Part shown: positions 59,559 to 64,000 of the stretch, piece by piece
Numbering within the stretch: the stretch's first letter is position 1
How the letters are laid out: the number at the start of each line of letters is the position of its first letter
From: Macrostomum hystrix
Taxonomy: Eukaryota > Animalia > Platyhelminthes
Direction: 5' to 3'
NCBI GenBank assembly: GCA_950097015.1
Contig: CATNEN010000007.1
Coordinates: forward strand, 8,060,001 to 8,124,000
DNA: 64,000 nucleotides
Program-made: the position numbers and the translations under genes
The notes under the pieces: generated by a model
What the model was told of the DNA's origin: nothing
Database searches by the model: none
What the model saw: only the letters and a program-made list of their open reading frames with translations

Positions 59559-62500
59559 ATGGAGAAGGTGACCTACAGGGCAGTAGAGGAGTGCATAAGT
59601 CGGCTGGGCCGTCTCTACCAGCAGTCGGATGATCTGGAAGCCAGCCTGTTCTGCTCAGAAGCGGCTGTCCTGCGCCAACGCTTGAAGTCTGCCTTAGTCA
59701 AGGTGATCTTTTTAACTCCGGCGGACTTTGGCGCCAAAGGCGAAGAGCTGCTGTGGCGCAAAGTATTCTACGAGGTGCTGGCCTTCGTTAAGAAGCGCCG
59801 GCTGGCGGGCAGGCTGACCAGCCGCGTTGAAGCCCTGTACCGGGCGCACCTTCTCAGTGGCCTGGGCTTCTACCAGCAGCTGCTGTCGCGCATCCTGCTG
59901 GAACATCCCGTGACAGCAGCAGCTGGTGCTGGCAACAATCTCGAAGCTGTCGACTTTGCGCCGGCGCCAAAATCAGTCGAAATTGTCTCTGCTGACGGCG
60001 CCATCGCTGATTGGGCGCGCGGTGCAGTTCACAGGTGCCTGATGCACATTGGCGATCTCTATCGTTATCTGCGTGAATTTCAAGGCGAAGTGGCCCTGGC
60101 GCTGGTACAGCGCTACTATGGCGCTGCGGCCCGTTTCGAGCCGACAATCGGCCTGCCCTACAATCAGTTGGGCACGCTGGATGTTGGCAACTACTATAAC
60201 CTGACGGCTGTGTACTATTACCTCAGGTGAGTTTGCCATTAACATATGGACCTTTGTTCTCAGCATCCCAGGCACGAGGTTCCCCTTCATCACCTTGTGG
60301 AGCATCGGCAGCTACCATCGGCACCTTTAACAAAAGCAGCCATCTTTGAAATGCCGATCGATACCCCGACAAGAATCGTTGCATCTCATTGCATCGTTGC
60401 ATCTCGTGAATGCCGATGTTCTGTGATTATGGAAGTTGTTTCATAGGATAGAGCGGCAAATGGTTGGAGTTACAGAAAAAATGAAAATGCGGGTATTTGA
60501 AATACCTCCCTTGGTATTTCTACTGTTAACAATAACTTACAGAATTTCTTTATCAGGGCTAGCTCTAATGTTAGCTCGTGAGGCTAAAATCCCTTCTCAA
60601 AAAGAACCATCTCGAATTCAAATAATTATCCTATTAATCAGGTGCCTGGCCTGCGAGCAACCGTTCGATGGCTCGCGCCGCAACTTGGCCAAAATTCTGA
60701 TAAAGAATCAGCGCCGCTTCGATTCGCTGCCACCGCTGGCCGCACCAGCCAGCTCATCAACAACCGCGGCAGATCCCGGCCGGCCGCACAAGCCCGTGAA
60801 GCAGTTCGCGGTGCGCTTCCTTCACCTCATTGGCCGCCTGTTGCAGCCGCAGTATCTTCAACAGCACCGGCGCCAGAACCAGCGCCAGCAGGACGCCGAG
60901 TTGAACGCCCTCTGCCAGTCTGCTCTGACCAGCCTCTCCGCCTGCCTCTCGGGCTCCGACGAGGCGAGTAACTGCCTGGCCGTCCGCGCCTCCGAGGTCG
61001 ACCCGCTCCGGCCGCACCGGCTCGCCGACTCCGCCGTGCTGCAGGCCGCGCTGACCGCCGTGCTCTGTCTGGACGCCCTGTCCGCGGCCAACTCTCGTCA
61101 CTCGCATGCCTGCACCGCCTTCTGCCTAGGCATGTTTGCCTGCGTTCTTCAGTGCGCCCTGGCCCGCTGCAGGCACGCGCTATCAACGGCCGCCGCCGAG
61201 CTCTCCGGCGCCAGCGCCAGCGCCGAGGAGCCGCCCGTTGATGAGGGCAGCGAAGACGGGGGAGCTGAAGAAGAAATCGAAGAGTTGGCCGGAGAGGAGC
61301 AAGACGAAGAAGAGGAGGAAGAAATTGCCGGAGATTTTCCCGGCTTTTCGGCGCCTAGACGGCGCCAGCGCCAAAGACGCCCTCAGCGCCGGCGACGCCG
61401 CTCTGGCGATTCTTCGTCATCTTCATCGGGAGAGTCGAGCGACTGCCAGCTGGTGTTCGGCTACGGCGAGGAAGACGACGATGAGGATAACGGCAGAAAT
61501 GATAAGGGCCGGGCGGATAATGCTAGTGACAGCAGCGACACTGATTTGGTTGGTGAGGGCGAGGCTGTCGCGGCAGCACCTGCTAACAGCGTCTCTTCGA
61601 CCACAGACGGAGGCGGCGGATTGCCATCGTTTTGCTTCAGCTACGGAATTCCATCGGCGCTGACGTTTCGCGATGATGACGATTCCGCTGAGGCTTCCGG
61701 CGCAGCCGCAGCTTCCATGGATCAGCACATTGCTTCACTGCCGGCTTCGGGTCCAGCAATCGATGATGTCGACGCCGCCGGAGTCGGACAGGGCGGCAAT
61801 GAAGACGCAGCCGTTGCGAAGGCGGAGGCTGCTCAGCTGTTGCTGGGCCGAGTTCGCCTGATGCAGACTGTAAAACTGCTGCTGGACTGGATGCTATGCC
61901 AGCCGCATCTGCTTAGCCGGGTGGTTCAGGTCAGCTGAGCATGCACTTTACGCACTGATTTTTTAAAAGAACTTTTTTCTTACCTTCTTTTAACATGTTT
62001 TTTCATTTCGCTTTTGCTGCCATACCAGTCCTCCTGCCTGCCACTGTGGGACCACCTGGCCTCGTTGCTGAACCTCCTGCCGGCGCCCCCTGGCGAAGAC
62101 TGCGGCGTCCTCTGCCCGGAGCCGGAGCAGCAGGCAGCACTCCCGGAGGACGCTCATGCCCGCGGCCTTCGCCTGTTCCGTCCAGTGCAGCGTCACCTGG
62201 ATTTCGCCCGCACTCCGGCCGCCCCCGTCACCGGCCGGCTGGACGAGTCGCGCCTCCGCCTGGCCGCCATTCGCCGCTTCGGCTTCCTGGCCGTGCAGAA
62301 TGACCAGCTGGCCTTCGAGTACGACTCAGCTGGGCGGCAGTTTCTCGGGCCGAGCGCCGTGGTGCAGGCCAGCCGTGACGCTCAGATGCGCAACCTGGCC
62401 CAGCTGCGGCTCATTAACCAGGTGCAGCAGCTGGAAACCGCCGTTTCTATGGCGACTCCTTCAATTACGGTGAGCAAAGCAATGAATTGTTTATTTTAGA

Positions 62501-63295
62501 GGCTAAATAAATTATACTCAATTGGGCCAGATGTGCAGTCGACAGCACAGCCGCAGCTATTGCGCGGTGCAACTTGAAGACTGCATACGTCTTTTCGATT
62601 GGTCCATGGACTTGGTGGACACACCACCCTCAATTTCTCCAGCTAATACTGGTGCCCATTTAAAAGCTGGGTGAACTGAATCAATACAAAGTTAAGTGTG
62701 ATGCTTAAGGACACAAATTGTTGCAGTGAGTCTGGAATCGAACCCCCGACCTTTAAGTAGTGAGTCCGACGCTCTAACTACTGGGCTACAACCCCCTGCC
62801 CTCCTACAGCCCTCTAGAAGCTAAATTTAACTTATAACTAGATGCATGCCTTGAAAATATGTGTAAACTTTGTTGCCCTGTGGTTACAAATGCAGTAATT
62901 ACACTCTGTGTTTGCAGGCGTCTCATGTTGTGCCATCGCGGCAGTGCCTCACAGACGGCCTAGATAAGCTTCAGGCTCTGGTCCGCAGCCGACGCTGCGT
63001 CCTGGTGCTTCCCCGGAGCTCCATTGACCACCTGGACCGGCTGAAGCGCTCCAGCCAGGCCGCCCGCCGTGCCAGCCGCTACCTGGAGACCGAGCTGCAG
63101 TCGGGGCGCGGCCTAATCAATGCACACGATTATTCCACGCTTGTGGAATGCGCCAGCAACCTGTCTGCTGACACGGCGGTGTTCCTGGTGTGCCGCGGCG
63201 AGGCCCCGCCGCCAATCGACCTGCCGTTTCAGGTGCGCGAGCTGGACGAATTTGTCAGACAGGCGCTGACGCCCGCGCCTGGCCAGGCCGGCTGA
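59559..63295 (+). CDS. SMG5: SMG5-like nonsense-mediated decay factor (EST1/14-3-3-like domain + PIN-like domain)
   Basis: Exons 59559-60226, 60642-61929, 62029-62469 and 62918-63295, GT-AG and in frame. Motifs EELLWRKVFYEV, HRCLMHIGDLYRY, GLPYNQLGTL, AVYYYLRCL, ALPED, MRNLAQLRL..QVQQLE, and PIN-like VLVLPRSSIDHLDRLK...AR..RYLE. Confidence 0.9.
62516..62793 (-). mobile_element. SINE family 1 copy in SMG5 intron 3
   Basis: Colinear with 16440-16720 (gggccagatgtgcag.cgacagcacagccgcagctattgcgcgg ... ggaatcgaacccccgacctt). Confidence 0.88.
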
Positions 63296-63392
63296 TTCTG
63301 TTGCAGTTTCGTCATTCATTTTACCTTATAATCAGGCAATTTTTTTTGTGATTGTATGAACTCTATCGCAACTGTGCTCTGTCTCACACTAG

Positions 63393-63398
63393 AATAAA
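63393..63398 (+). promoter_or_regulatory. Candidate polyadenylation signal of SMG5-like gene
   Basis: AATAAA about 100 nt after the stop codon; position only. Confidence 0.4.
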
Positions 63399-63556
63399 TT
63401 GTATAAAATCAAGGATTCGCATATTTCAAGTGGACTACTGTAGCTGTAAACTCCCATTGTTGGTGCTTTACATGCTTCGGATGTACTTTTAACCATACTT
63501 GATTCACATATTTGTTTTTTTTCTTCTTTTTTGTGTTGTTTTACTTTTGGTTGTTT

Positions 63557-64000
63557 TAGTCCATCAGCCGATATCCCCTAGAGGCGATTAGGTGTTAAAT
63601 CCCCTAGAGTCCATCAGTTGTTATCCTCTAGAGTCCATCAGGTCTATGCCCTAGAGTCCATCAGGTAATATCCTCTAGAGTCCATCAGGTCTATGCCCTA
63701 GAGTCCATCAGGTAATATCCTCTAGAGTCCATCAGGTCTATGCCCTAGAGTCCATCAGGTGATATCCTCTAGAGTCTATCAGGTCTATGCCCTAGAGTCC
63801 ATCAGGTGATATCCTCTAGAGCTTTTCAGCTGTTATCTAGAGTCCATCAGGTGTTATCCTCTAGAGTCCATCAGGTGTTATCCTCTAGAGTCCATCAGGT
63901 CTATGCCCTAGAGTCCATCAGGTGATATCCTCTAGAGTCCATCAGGTCTATGCCCTAGAGTCCATCAGGTGATATCCTCTAGAGTCCATCAGGTCTATGC
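63557..64000. repeat. Minisatellite of alternating units with core ctagagtccatcagg (runs off the window)
   Basis: Tandem array. Confidence 0.94.

Overview
Eukaryotic (metazoan) genomic DNA with GC-rich exons separated by introns and spacers filled with unrelated minisatellites. This architecture resembles the flatworm Macrostomum; the organism is an inference only. Four spliced genes were reconstructed by hand with GT-AG junctions and a consistent reading frame. (1) A TRPM2-type channel on the minus strand, about 27 exons and at least 1840 aa (4143-~31300), whose C-terminal NUDT9-H domain has lost its Nudix box. (2) A MECOM/PRDM16/hamlet/egl-43-family zinc-finger gene on the minus strand (43904-~47184). 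(3) An LDB/Chip LIM-domain-binding gene on the minus strand (52847-~54627). (4) An SMG5-like NMD factor on the plus strand (59559-63295). Mobile DNA comprises two tRNA-derived SINE families (one CORE-like) and a hAT/Charlie-type MITE with an 8-bp TSD. About 30 tandem arrays are present, three with exact higher-order periodicity. Most long ORFs in the supplied track are satellite translation artefacts. The most interesting points are the apparently enzyme-dead NUDT9-H domain, a run of four frame-preserving phase-1 exons in one TRPM loop, and satellites built from consensus splice-donor units. No prokaryotic-type system or CRISPR array is present.
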